Origin: an uncultured Chloroflexia bacterium
GTDB taxonomy: Bacteria > Chloroflexota > Anaerolineae > JAAEKA01
Assembly: GCA_963707275.1 (NCBI GenBank)
Contig: CAVPPH010000009.1
Location: 133,790 to 197,789 of the forward strand
DNA length: 64,000 nucleotides
Reading direction: 5' to 3'
The position numbers and the translations under genes were made by a program. This document shows, one piece after another, positions 37,813 to 47,877 of this stretch; position 1 is the first letter of the stretch; each line of letters begins with the position of its first letter. The notes below the pieces were generated by a model. The model had not been told where the DNA came from. It saw only the letters and a program-made list of their open reading frames with translations, and made no database searches.

Positions 37813-39618
37813 CTACGCCGCTGTCGATCCGGCTTGCAGCACTGCCTCCATCCAGCCGCGCAGCGAGTTGACCAGCCACAGCCGCTGGCCCGTTTCCAGA
37901 TCATCAAGGGTCAGCGGCTTTTCGCGGATCGCGCCCTGCGCCAACAGTTCAGCCCGCAGTGTACCCGCCAGCAGCCCGCTGCCAACCGGTGGAGTCACCA
38001 GTTCGCCGTCGCGCTCGACGACGATATTGGCGATGGTCGACTCGGTCACCTGGCCGCGCTCGTTCCACAGCAGCACGTCGTCGCAGTCAGGACGTTGCCG
38101 GCGCGCCTCGTCGTAGACAGTGCGATACGTAGTCTTGTGAAAGAGAAATGGATCGCTTGAATCGACCGGCGTCTGTGCCAGTCCGACGCGCAGGACACGC
38201 GTTTCCGGCGGCCAGGGCAGCCGCGCTGCCTCGCAACGCACTGCGCCTGACTGCGCGATCAGGAGCCGCACCCGCTGCGGCAAACCGGCAAAGCTCGTCG
38301 TCAGCGCGGCAAGCTGCGCCGCCGCATCCTCCGCGTTCAGTGGCACGTCGAAGTACGCCGCCGACTCAGCCAGCCGCTGCAGATGCCGCTCCAGCAGATA
38401 GTATCCCGCGTCCGGCGTCCAGCGCAGCGTCTCCAGCAGATCGAAGGCCGGTCGCGGCCGCGTCAGCACCTCTGCCTTGAGCAGCGCTTCGTCGTACTCA
38501 GCGTCAGTCTCGGAGTCCCAGACGACACCGCCACCGATGCCGTAGGTGGCCGTCTCAGCTTCGCGATCGACCACCACGGTGCGAATGGCGACGTTGAACT
38601 GGGCGCGGCGGCCAGGTAATAACACGCCGATGCAGCCGGTGTACACGCCGCGCGGTTGCGCCTCCAGGCTGTGGATGATCTCCATGGTCCGCACCTTGGG
38701 CGCGCCTGTGATCGATGCGCAAGGGAAGAGCGCCGTCATGATCTCCGCGGTCGATGCGTCTGTTTCGCACGCCACGGTCGATGTCATCTGCCAGACGGTG
38801 GGATAGCGCTCGGCCTCGAAAAGCGTTGGCACGTGAACGGTGCCGTAGTGGGCAATCCGTCCCATGTCGTTGCGTACCATGTCCACGATCATGACATTCT
38901 CGGCGCGGTTCTTCGTCGAGTTCAGCAGCCACTCGCGTTGTGTCTCGTCCTCGACCAGCGTGCGGCCACGCGCCGCGGTGCCTTTCATTGGCCGCGAGCT
39001 CAGCCGCTGGCCGTCCAATTGCCAGAAAAGCTCGGGCGAGGCGGAGCAGACGACGTGCTGGCCAGTGTCCACGAAAGCAGCGTAGCGGCAGCGTTGCGCG
39101 CGCAGCATTCGTGCGAACAGCGCCAGCGGGTCGCTCCCTAAGCGGGCGTGCAGCGGAAAGGTAAAATTGACCTGGTAGGTGTCGCCGCGCGCGATGGAGT
39201 CCTTGATGGCAGCGACGGAGTTGTCGTACGCGTCGCGGCTGATGCCGGGCTGCCAGTGCAACGCCGACGCGCTCGCGTCGGTATCAGCCAGGGGAAACAC
39301 CGTCTCAGGCTGGATCTCCTCCGCGTCGCGGTAGAGACCGAACCATAGCAGCGGCAGGTCGCCAGCCGGCCGGCCGAGCATGGCAGCATCGAACGCCGGC
39401 GCGGCCTCGTAGGCAATGAAGCCGGCTGCGTGCAGCCCCTGCCGCTCCACCGCATCGGTGACCTCGCTCAGGCAGGCGCGTACCTCCGCCACAGTGCGCG
39501 TCTGGACCACGGCGACTGGCGCGCTGAATCTCAGCCAACGCCTTCCTTCGTCAACCTGTACGACAGCCAGACCAGGCTGCGTTTCATGTGGTGTGTCGGC
39601 TGAATTCGTAGAATTCAT
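37813..39618 (-). CDS. pabB: Fused aminodeoxychorismate synthase component I and aminodeoxychorismate lyase (PabB-PabC)
   Basis: 601 aa. Chorismate-binding motifs are SRPMKGTAARG and GAPKVRTMEIIHSLE. A class-IV aminotransferase-like tail follows. Confidence 0.85.
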   Translation of the reverse strand: MNSTNSADTPHETQPGLAVVQVDEGRRWLRFSAPVAVVQTRTVAEVRACLSEVTDAVERQGLHAAGFIAYEAAPAFDAAMLGRPAGDLPLLWFGLYRDAEEIQPETVFPLADTDASASALHWQPGISRDAYDNSVAAIKDSIARGDTYQVNFTFPLHARLGSDPLALFARMLRAQRCRYAAFVDTGQHVVCSASPELFWQLDGQRLSSRPMKGTAARGRTLVEDETQREWLLNSTKNRAENVMIVDMVRNDMGRIAHYGTVHVPTLFEAERYPTVWQMTSTVACETDASTAEIMTALFPCASITGAPKVRTMEIIHSLEAQPRGVYTGCIGVLLPGRRAQFNVAIRTVVVDREAETATYGIGGGVVWDSETDAEYDEALLKAEVLTRPRPAFDLLETLRWTPDAGYYLLERHLQRLAESAAYFDVPLNAEDAAAQLAALTTSFAGLPQRVRLLIAQSGAVRCEAARLPWPPETRVLRVGLAQTPVDSSDPFLFHKTTYRTVYDEARRQRPDCDDVLLWNERGQVTESTIANIVVERDGELVTPPVGSGLLAGTLRAELLAQGAIREKPLTLDDLETGQRLWLVNSLRGWMEAVLQAGSTAA

Positions 39619-39635
39619 TCGTACTCTGGAAAAGA

Positions 39636-39668
39636 AGACCCCAGGAAATTCCTGGGGTCTTTGATTCT
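39636..39668 (-). terminator. Terminator after glyA
   Basis: AGACCCCAGG - AAATT - CCTGGGGTCT. On the minus strand it is followed by TCTTCTTTTCC. Confidence 0.6.
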
Positions 39669-39734
39669 TACGGTTGAGCAGCTAAACGCCGCCCGCGTTT
39701 CTTGCCATGAGGGATTCCTGAATCCCTGGAACTG

Positions 39735-41039
39735 CTACGCCGGCACCGGGAAGTGGCGGCAAAGCGCCTGCACCTCGCCATGAATGCGCGCTTGCAGCGC
39801 CTCGTTGTCGGTGTCGCGCACGATCTCGCCGATCCACGCCGGCGATCTGGCGCATCTCGTCAGCGCCGAAGCCGCGCGTGGTGACTGCCGGTGTGCCCAG
39901 CCGGATACCGCTGGAAATCGTCGGCTTCTCCGGGTCGTAGGGGATCATGTTCTTGTTGGTGTGGATGCCGGCGTTGTCCAGGGCGATCTCAGCCGCCTTG
40001 CCGGTCGCGCCGCACGGGCCGCAGGTCTACCAGCACCAGGTGGTTGTCGGTGCCGCCGCTGACCAGCCGCAGACCTTCATCTTCCAACGCGCCCGCCAGT
40101 GTCTGTGCGTTGTCCAGCACGCGCTGGCAATAGGCCCGAAACTCGGGCTGCAACGCTTCGCCGAAGGCCACCGCCTTGGCCGCGATGGCGTGCATCAACG
40201 GGCCGCCCTGGTGCCGGGGAACACGGCGCTGTCGATCTTCCTGGCCAGCTCTTCTGTGCTGAGGATCAACCCGCCGCGCGGGCCGCGCAGGGTCTTGTGC
40301 GTCGTGCTGGTGACCACATCGCAGTAGGGAATCGGGTCGGGGTGCAGATCGGCGGCGACGAGGCCGGCAATGTGCGCCATGTCCATCATCAGGCGAGCGC
40401 CCACCGAATTGGCGATTGCACGCAGCAGCGGGAAGTCGAACCAGCGCGGATAGGCGCTGGCGCCGGCGACGATCAGTTGTGGCTGGTGTTCCTCGGCCAG
40501 CGCGGCCACCTCGTCGTAGTCGATGCATTCGGTATCAGGATGTACGCCGTACTGGACGAAGTTGTAGAACTTGCCGCTGGAGTTGAAGGCCGCGCCGTGG
40601 GTCAGGTGTCCGCCGTGGGCCAGCTTCAGCGCCAGCACCGTGTCGCCCGGCTTGATCAGTGCCAGATAGGCGGCGACGTTGGCCTGTGCGCCGGAGTGCG
40701 GCTGGACGTTGGCGTGTTCGGCGTCGAAAAGTCGCTTGACGCGCTCGATGGCCAGCTCTTCGGCGACGTCGACGTATTGGCAGCCGCCGTAGTAGCGCTT
40801 GCCGGGATAGCCTTCGGCGTATTTGTTGGTCAACACCGAGCCCAGGGCCGCCAGCACGGCCGGGCTGACGTAGTTTTCCGATGCGATCAGTTCGATGCCG
40901 GTCTGCTGGCGCAGCCATTCCTGCTCGATGGCGCTGAACAGCTCCGGGTCCTGCTGCGTGCAGGATCACGGCGCGGATCGGGCAGTGCGTCCCAGTGCTT
41001 CGCCGGCTCGGCGACAGCCTGGTCAAGAACAACGGTCAT
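39735..41039 (-). pseudogene. glyA: Serine hydroxymethyltransferase, at least three +1 frame breaks
   Basis: Blocks are [53 protein letters not shown] and [14 protein letters not shown]. Removing one G near 39838 restores the true C-terminus [33 protein letters not shown]-stop. Confidence 0.85.
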
Positions 41040-41120
41040 GGGAATGCCTCCTGGATTTGTTATTCAAGGGACCGTGCTGGCTCGGTCGGAGACCGGCCAG
41101 AGCGGGGTTCTATTTTCTTC

Positions 41121-41875
41121 TTATTTGCCCGCTTTGCGGGCGCTGTTGGCGACGATCAGCGCGGCTGAACCGGCCACGATGCGTTGAGCGACTCGATCTT
41201 GCCTGACAACGGGATGCGCACCAGCCAGTCACAGGTCTCGCGGATCAGCCTGCTGAGCCCGCTGCTCTCGGCGCCGATGACCAGGGCCAGCGTGCCAGTG
41301 AAATCGCTTTGCAGCAGATCCTTGGCCTCAGGCTGGTTGTCGAGACCGGCGATCCAGACACCGCGCTGCTTGAACTCAGCCAGCGTGCGCGCGACGTTGG
41401 TGACGTGGACGACGCGCAGATGCTCCACCGCGCCGGCTGAGCTGTTGCACACAGCCGGCGTGATGCCGACAGCCCGCCGGTCGGGCAGAAACACGCCGTG
41501 GACGCCCACCGCCTCGGCCGTGCGCAACAGCGTGCCGACGTTCTGTGGGTCTTCCAGGTGATCCAGAAGCAACACAAAAGGCGGCTCGTCCAGGCTGCGG
41601 GCGTAAGCGAACACCTCGCCCAGATTGGAATACGGGTACGGGCTGCATTCCAGCGCGACGCCCTGATGGTTGACGCCGGGCAGCATTTTGTCGAACTGGG
41701 CGCGCTCCACCTGCTGCACGCGGCAATTGATCTCGCGCGCCAGGGTCTGGATGTCGGCGACGATGCCGATCTGTTTGACCCCGGAAGCAAGGCTGAGTGA
41801 GTAGAAGTGACGCCGGCGTGCTCGCAGCGCTTCATGCACTGCCTGCCGGCCGTAGAGGATATCGATGGGTGCCAT
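41121..41875 (-). pseudogene. rlmB: TrmH-family 23S rRNA 2'-O-methyltransferase (RlmB-like), frame break at the extreme 3' end (~41185)
   Basis: The frame is intact through ...IPLSGKIESLNAS. The expected tail VAGSAALIVANSARKAGK-stop lies in another frame. This is the one break that behaves as a 1-nt deletion. Confidence 0.75.
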
Positions 41876-41886
41876 TTTTTGTGGGC

Positions 41887-41972
41887 GGTGATCGGCAATC
41901 AGTGATCGGTAAACGGTCAGAGGTCAGTAATCCGATCACTGACTAACGATCACCGATTACTGATCACTGAAT
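41887..41972. repeat. Head-to-head inverted pair of heptamer arrays (GGTGATC family and its complement GATCACC / GATTACT)
   Basis: Period 7 holds across about 12 units. The two halves (41887-41925 and 41932-41970) are mutually complementary. It sits between the cysS stop and the rlmB start. Confidence 0.85.
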
Positions 41973-43359
41973 CCGCCAGGTGCTTCCTTCGCGTGTGTCT
42001 TCGACCATTACACCCAGGTCGATCAGTCGGTTGCGTATCTCGTCGGCCAGGGCGAACTGTTTGGCCGCCCGCAGCTTGCTGCGCATCTCCAGCAGCAGGT
42101 CGATGAACGGCGCGGCTTCGGCGCCAGTTGCCTCGCTGCTCAGTTGCAGCCCCAGAATGCCGGCCAGCTCAGCCAGCACGCCCTGCGCCGCTGCCAGCGG
42201 TTCAACAGCCACACCCGCGTCGCGCGCCCGGTTGATCTCGGTGACCAGCTCGAAGAGGCAGCCCAGCGCGCCGGCAGTGTTGAAGTCGTCGTCCATCGCC
42301 TCTTCGAACCCGCGCGCGCGTCTGCTCGGCGGCCGCTTGCAGGTTGTCCACCGCGTCGCCCGCGGTGACTGTGCCAGTCGCCGGTCGCAGTGCGCCGCGC
42401 AGCCGTGCCAGCGCGCGCTCGTTGTCCTCGACCACCGTATCGTTGTAGGCCAGCGGCTTGCGGTAGTGCGAGGAGAGGATCAGCAGCCGCAGGACGCTGG
42501 CATCGTGTTGCGCCAGAAAGTCGTCGACTGTGACCAGATTGCCCAGGCTCTTGGACATCTTCTCGCCCTTGAGCTGCAACATGCCGTTGTGCATCCAGTA
42601 GCGGGCGAAGCGGCGTGCCGGTGTAGCTCTCGGTCTGGGCGATCTCGTTCTCGTGGTGCGGGAAGACCAGGTCGTTGCCGCCGCCGTGGATGTCGATCTG
42701 TTCGCCCAGGTGCTTGAGCGCCATGGCCGAGCACTCGATGTGCCAGCCCGGTCGCCCGGGACCCCACGGGCTGTGCCAGGCCGGCTCGCCCGGCTTCTGC
42801 GCCTTCCACAGCGCGAAGTCGTTGACATCTTCTTTGGTTTCGTCGGACTCGACGCGTGTGCCGGCCATCGCCTCGTCCAGCTTGCGCCGGCTGAGCTTGC
42901 CGTAGTCGTCGTCCTGGCGCACGCGGAAGTAGACGTCGCCGTCCATGGTGTAGGCGTAGCGCGTCTCTTGCAGTGTTTGCACCATCTCCACTGATCTCAT
43001 CGATGGTCTCCGACACCTGCGGGTAGGTCGTGGCCGGGAGGATGCCCAGTTCATCGATGTGGCGCTTGAACTCGCCGATATAGCGGTTGGCGATGGCAAA
43101 AGGATCGTCGCCCGTACTCGATAGAGCGGCGGATGATCTTGTCATCGACATCGGTGAAGTTCATGACGTGATCGACCTGGTAGCCCTTGTATTCCAGGTA
43201 GCGCCGGACCACGTCGAATACGATGGCCGACATCGCGTGGCCGATGTGCGCCTTGTCGTAGACCGTCGGACCGCAGACGTACATGCGCACTTTGCCCGGC
43301 TCGACTGTTTCGAAAGGCTCCTTGCGCCGCGTGAGCGTGTTGTAGACCTGAATAGCCAT
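41964..43359 (-). pseudogene. cysS: Cysteine--tRNA ligase, four +1 frame breaks
   Basis: Five fragments chain: [17 protein letters not shown]...[34 protein letters not shown], and the C-terminal [10 protein letters not shown]...STWRIQ. Frames go 0->2->1->0->2. Confidence 0.85.
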
Positions 43360-43362
43360 GAG

Positions 43363-44437
43363 TTAGTTGCCGTTGTTAATCGGCGCACCGAAGATCATCC
43401 GGCCCGCGCTGGTTTGCAGCACCTTGGTGACCTGCACGTCGATTTCCTTGTCGATGTAGCGGTGGCCGTTTTCCACCACCACCATGGTGCCGTCGTCCAG
43501 ATAGCCCACGCCCTGGCCGTACTCCTTGCCCTCGTCGATGACACGCACGGTGATCGACTCGCCGGGCAGCACCAGCACCTTGACGGCGTTGGCCAGCGCG
43601 TTGATGTTCAGGATCTTGACGCCCTGAAGCTGCGCTACCTGGTTGAGATTGAAGTCGTTGGTGATCATCGGACAATTGAGCTGTTTGGCAAGCTGGACCA
43701 GCTTGTCGTCCACCTGGCGGACGTTCTTGACATCCATGTCGGTGATGACAACCGGCACCAGCGAGTTCGCGCTGCAGCTTGGCCAGCATGTCCAGCCCAC
43801 GGCGGCCGCGGTTGCGCCGCAATGAGTTCGACGAGTCGGCGATGTACTGCACCTCGTTGAGGACGAAGCGCGGGATCAGCATCGGCCCCTGGATGAAGCC
43901 CGTCTGGCTGATGTCGGCAATGCGGCCATCGATGATGACGCTGCTGTCCAGCAAGACCGACAGCGGCTCCGTCTCAGGCGCCGTCACTTTGTCTGCCTCA
44001 CTGCCCTTTGGCTGGAAGCGACCACCGACCATGTTGGTGATGTCATCGGCGCGCAACACCATGACGGTGATGCCCAGGTAGCCGAAAACGACTGCGCCGA
44101 TGGCGGGGAGGAGGTTGCCGAAGGGAGCTGGCAGCTTGGAAAGCGGCAGCGCCAGCAGCGCGGCAATGATCAGCCCGATGATCAGCCCGATGCCGCCGGC
44201 CACCAGTTGCTGCACGGGGAGCTGACGGATGACCCGTCGAACCCAACGCGCCGGCTTGGTGGTGAGATAAGGAGCTACGATTGCGCCGATGACCGCGAAT
44301 ACAAGCGCAAAGGGTACTGCCCATTTCAGTGTATCGATCGTCAACTCCGTGGAACCGGCGATCAGTGTACCAACATACCAGCCAATAAGTCCAAAGATGA
44401 AAAATAAGATAACACGAAAAATACGATCGGCCGTCAT
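43363..44437 (-). pseudogene. PIN/TRAM domain membrane protein (YacL-like), one +1 frame break (~43770)
   Basis: An N-terminal TM region, a PIN part (LLDSSVIIDGRIADI) and a TRAM tail (GESITVRVIDEGKEYGQGVGYLDDGTMVVVE). Confidence 0.75.
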
Positions 44438-44588
44438 ATGTGTCTACCTCCTGTGTAGATTTCCCCTCGACCTGTGACTCAGGCGACTGAGCACAACCCT
44501 TCAAGACGGACCCGAAGCCAACGATAAAATGATTCCTGCAACCTGAGTTTACATCATTACCAGAGAATACGCAACAAGATTAGGCGCG

Positions 44589-44629
44589 AAAAAAACTGCG
44601 CCGGGCGTGGAACGGGGTGCCCGGCGCAG
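44589..44629 (-). terminator. Rho-independent terminator after rplT
   Basis: CTGCGCCGGGC / GCCCGGCGCAG stem. On the minus strand it is followed by TTTTTTT. Confidence 0.8.
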
Positions 44630-44659
44630 TCAGGGAGCAGCTTTGATTTGTAACGGGGT

Positions 44660-45013
44660 TCAGGCGGCGTTGCGCGCCATATCGGCGATCTGGGTGAACG
44701 TGGCCGCGTCGTAAACGGCGATGTCAGCCAGAACCTTGCGGTCAATCTCGACGTTGGCGAGCTTAAGGCCGTGCACAAGCCGGCTGTAAGGCAGGCCATT
44801 CTGGCGTGATGCCGCGTTAATGCGGGCGATCCACAGCCGGCGGAAATCGCGCTTGCGATTGCGGCGGTCGCGATGCGAATACCACAAGGCCTTCAACATC
44901 GCCTCGTTGGCGCGCCGGAACAGGAGATGCTTGGAACCTTTTTGGCCGCGTGTCAGTTTAAGTACTTTACGATGACGGTTGCGAGCCGTCACACCACGTT
45001 TTACTCTGGTCAT
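44660..45013 (-). CDS. rplT: 50S ribosomal protein L20
   Basis: [23 protein letters not shown]... Confidence 0.95.
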   Translation of the reverse strand: MTRVKRGVTARNRHRKVLKLTRGQKGSKHLLFRRANEAMLKALWYSHRDRRNRKRDFRRLWIARINAASRQNGLPYSRLVHGLKLANVEIDRKVLADIAVYDAATFTQIADMARNAA

Positions 45014-45043
45014 TCTTTGGTGCCTCTTGGTAAGTGGATGCCG

Positions 45044-45247
45044 CTATTCCAGGGTGGGAGCCAGTTTCTTCACCCGCCGACGCGCGGCGGTCTGGTCAAT
45101 GACGTGCGCGGAGCTATAGGTGGCCTTCACCTTGGGCGACTTTTTGCGGCGCAGGTGGCCCTTGCCCTGGCGCATACACATCAGTTTTCCCGTGCCGGAA
45201 TACTTGAAGCGTTTTGCCGTTGCTTTGTGAGTCTTGATCTTTGGCAT
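45044..45247 (-). CDS. rpmI: 50S ribosomal protein L35
   Basis: MPKIKTHKATAKRFKYSGTGK... Confidence 0.95.
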   Translation of the reverse strand: MPKIKTHKATAKRFKYSGTGKLMCMRQGKGHLRRKKSPKVKATYSSAHVIDQTAARRRVKKLAPTLE

Positions 45248-45327
45248 ATCAATCTCTCCTCAGTACATTTTCAGTACGTTGCCATTTTCCACCAGACTGC
45301 CGACCGTGACGCGTCGCTGCCGGTGCA

Positions 45328-45855
45328 TTATTTCGTTGGTTTCGTTGATTTCGGCGCCATGATCATCAGAAGGCTGCGACCTTCCATGCCTGGCGCCTTT
45401 TCGATATCACCCACGTCCTGCAGGTCAGCAGCGACCCGTTTCAGCAGCTCTTCTGCCACTTCAGGATGGGTGATTTCCCTGCCGCGAAAGCGTACACGAA
45501 CCTTGACTTTGGATTCGTCCAGCAGGAACTTGCGCGCGCGGCGCAAAACCACAGCAATGTCGTGCTCGCCCGTCTTTGGCCGAAGCCGAATCTCTTTGAT
45601 CTCGACTTCCTTCTGAGCTTTGCGCGCTTCCCGTTCTTTCTTGGCGCGTTCATACTGGAACTTGCCAAAGTCCATCAAACGGCAGACCGGCGGGTCAGCC
45701 TGCGGCGCAACCTCGACCAAATCCGTGTTCAGTTCCTGCGCCATCGCCAGCGCTTGCGCTCGCGTCATGACGCCTAGCTGCGTGCCGTCGATCCCGATGA
45801 CCCGCAACTCGGGCGCTCTGATGCGCTCATTAATTCGATGTGTTTTGGTGCTAAT
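45328..45855 (-). CDS. infC: Translation initiation factor IF-3, ATT start
   Basis: GAAGGGGG - 5 nt - ATT AGC ACC AAA. The protein reads (M)STKTHRINERIRAPELRVIGIDG... An ATT start is the known infC autoregulatory feature. Confidence 0.85.
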   Translation of the reverse strand: MSTKTHRINERIRAPELRVIGIDGTQLGVMTRAQALAMAQELNTDLVEVAPQADPPVCRLMDFGKFQYERAKKEREARKAQKEVEIKEIRLRPKTGEHDIAVVLRRARKFLLDESKVKVRVRFRGREITHPEVAEELLKRVAADLQDVGDIEKAPGMEGRSLLMIMAPKSTKPTK

Positions 45856-45966
45856 TGCAACCCCCTTCTCAGGGTTTACATGTTGAAGGCCAGAAAAATG
45901 ACCATCTCTATACCGAACACAACGCCCCCGTACTGACGCACGGGAGCGTCTCCTAAACACAGGCAG

Positions 45967-45995
45967 ATTATAGACGAATTCAGAGGAGGAGTCAA
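45967..45995 (-). promoter_or_regulatory. Near-consensus sigma-70 promoter for infC-rpmI-rplT
   Basis: On the minus strand: TTGACT (45990-45995) - 17 nt - TATAAT (45967-45972). The leader to the ATT start is about 105 nt. Confidence 0.55.
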
Positions 45996-46047
45996 ATCGT
46001 CGCTGCTCTTCAAAGGCTGCCTCTGGTTGCTCTCGCTGCCTGAACCA

Positions 46048-46056
46048 TGGTACAAT
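46048..46056 (+). promoter_or_regulatory. Extended -10-like element TGGTACAAT
   Basis: Lies about 60 nt upstream of ATG 46118, which is preceded by GAAGGAG. Confidence 0.35.
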
Positions 46057-46117
46057 GCCAACATTCTTTGTGATCCCCGGTGAAATCGCCGGATGCATTT
46101 GTCGAAGGAGCGTTGCC

Positions 46118-47773
46118 ATGGTCCATCGGTATCACCTTTGCGCCGTCGCGTTGCTGTGCGCCTTGCTGGGGCTGGTTGTTGTGCCGCCTGCTGGCGCACG
46201 TGCCGGCGTTCCTCCTTTCCAGACGTGCAGCAATGTGATCCTGAACGGCGGGTTTGAGACCACGGGCAACTGGGCGCTGGGACCCGGCCCGCTACCGCCC
46301 AACTATGTCAACTCGCCGGTCTACAGCGGCAGTTGGGCTATGCAAACAGGCAGCCCGGGACCGACCAACAACGCCGCCAACTCCTGGATCTACCAGCGCA
46401 TTACCATCCCCAACAACGCCATCAGCGCCGACCTCGCCTTTTGGGTCTGGCGGGAGAGCGCCCCCAACCCCGGGACTGACGTTCAGCAAGCCTTGCTGAT
46501 GATACCGGGATCCACTGATCTCAGCCAGCCCTTTCAGGTACTTTGGAGCACGCAGGCCAATGCGCCCGCCTGGCAGAAGATAGTGACCTCGCTGATCAAC
46601 CAGAAGGGGCGCACGCTGGACCTGTACTTCAATGTCTACAACGATGGCCTTGGCGGCAACACGGCGATGATCCTGGACAACGTCACGCTGACGATCTGCC
46701 AGCCCGCTGCCACGCCTTCACCGCTGCCCAGTGTCACCCCCTGGCCCACGCAGACGCCGACGCCGCTGTCCAGCAGCACGCCCTTCCCGACGCCTTCACC
46801 AGTGGCCAGCGTCACGGCGTCGCCGTCCCCCGGCGCAACGCCCTTTCCGACACCTGCAGGCTCGGCAACGCCCATTCCGTCTGATTGCGTAGACATCATC
46901 AGAAATGGCGGTTTCGAGTGGGACGGCGACTGGGCGCTGGGCTGGGATCCCTTGCTTCCTTTCTACAACGGCAATGCCGCGTTCGTGCATAGCGGCGCGC
47001 GCAGCATGGCGCAGGGATCGGTCAATCAGGCGCCGGTGACGACCCCTGCCTACTCTTCCATCCGCCAGGACATCACGCTGCCGCCGGGCGCGGCAACCGC
47101 CAACATCACCTTTTGGTATTACCCCCTTTCCAACGCGGCTGCAGGCGGTCTCAATCGCCAGGAGCTGATTCTGCTGGACCCGTTGGCCTACGATGAGACG
47201 GTGGCCGTTCTGTGGCGCGTGACTGAGAACAGCCAGAGTTGGCAGTCGACAACGGTGGATCTGACTCAGTACCTGGGGCGCACACTAAGCGTCTACTTCA
47301 ACGCCCGCAACGCCGGCGACGGCACGTGGACTGGCATGTATCTGGACGACGTGTCGCTGGTCGTCTGTGGAGGCGCGGTTGCAGCGGTGCCTCTTGACCT
47401 GGTTGCCACAATACCTCCTGAGGTGTTTGCGACGATTGCTCCCTTTGTGCCGGAGACCATGGCTAACCTCCCGACGGACCAGCAAACTCAGGTAGCCATA
47501 GCCGGCGCGACTGTCATCTCTGTGTCACCTGTTCCAGCGACGGAAGGTGATGTATCCACCGCGCCCACCGCTTCCAGCGGGGACGTGAACGACCAACCGC
47601 GGCGCGAGACGCGATCGTTTTCTTTCGGAAGCCTTGACACCCGCACTGCCTTGATCGGCTTGGGAGTTGCAGCGTTTCTGGTTGTCTTGGGGATAGTCTG
47701 GTGGTTGCGGCGCAGGGATGGCACGGATTCCGGCAGTCAGTCGACGCCCAGCGACGGCCCGCCGAGCGCCTGA
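46118..47773 (+). CDS. Secreted protein with two internal ~190 aa repeats, PT linkers and a C-terminal TM anchor
   Basis: Signal peptide. The repeats start CSNVILNGGFETTGNWALG and CVDIIRNGGFEWDGDWALG and end DNVTLTIC / DDVSLVVC. The C-terminal TM is LIGLGVAAFLVVLGIVWW. Confidence 0.65.
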   Translation: MVHRYHLCAVALLCALLGLVVVPPAGARAGVPPFQTCSNVILNGGFETTGNWALGPGPLPPNYVNSPVYSGSWAMQTGSPGPTNNAANSWIYQRITIPNNAISADLAFWVWRESAPNPGTDVQQALLMIPGSTDLSQPFQVLWSTQANAPAWQKIVTSLINQKGRTLDLYFNVYNDGLGGNTAMILDNVTLTICQPAATPSPLPSVTPWPTQTPTPLSSSTPFPTPSPVASVTASPSPGATPFPTPAGSATPIPSDCVDIIRNGGFEWDGDWALGWDPLLPFYNGNAAFVHSGARSMAQGSVNQAPVTTPAYSSIRQDITLPPGAATANITFWYYPLSNAAAGGLNRQELILLDPLAYDETVAVLWRVTENSQSWQSTTVDLTQYLGRTLSVYFNARNAGDGTWTGMYLDDVSLVVCGGAVAAVPLDLVATIPPEVFATIAPFVPETMANLPTDQQTQVAIAGATVISVSPVPATEGDVSTAPTASSGDVNDQPRRETRSFSFGSLDTRTALIGLGVAAFLVVLGIVWWLRRRDGTDSGSQSTPSDGPPSA

Positions 47774-47877
47774 GCCGCTGTCGGGATGCAAGACCACAGC
47801 CCTGTTTTGCCTTTCGTGAAAGAATCGTCAGACAGTTACTCCAAATCAAGACCAAGAATCAGGGTCACATCACCTGA

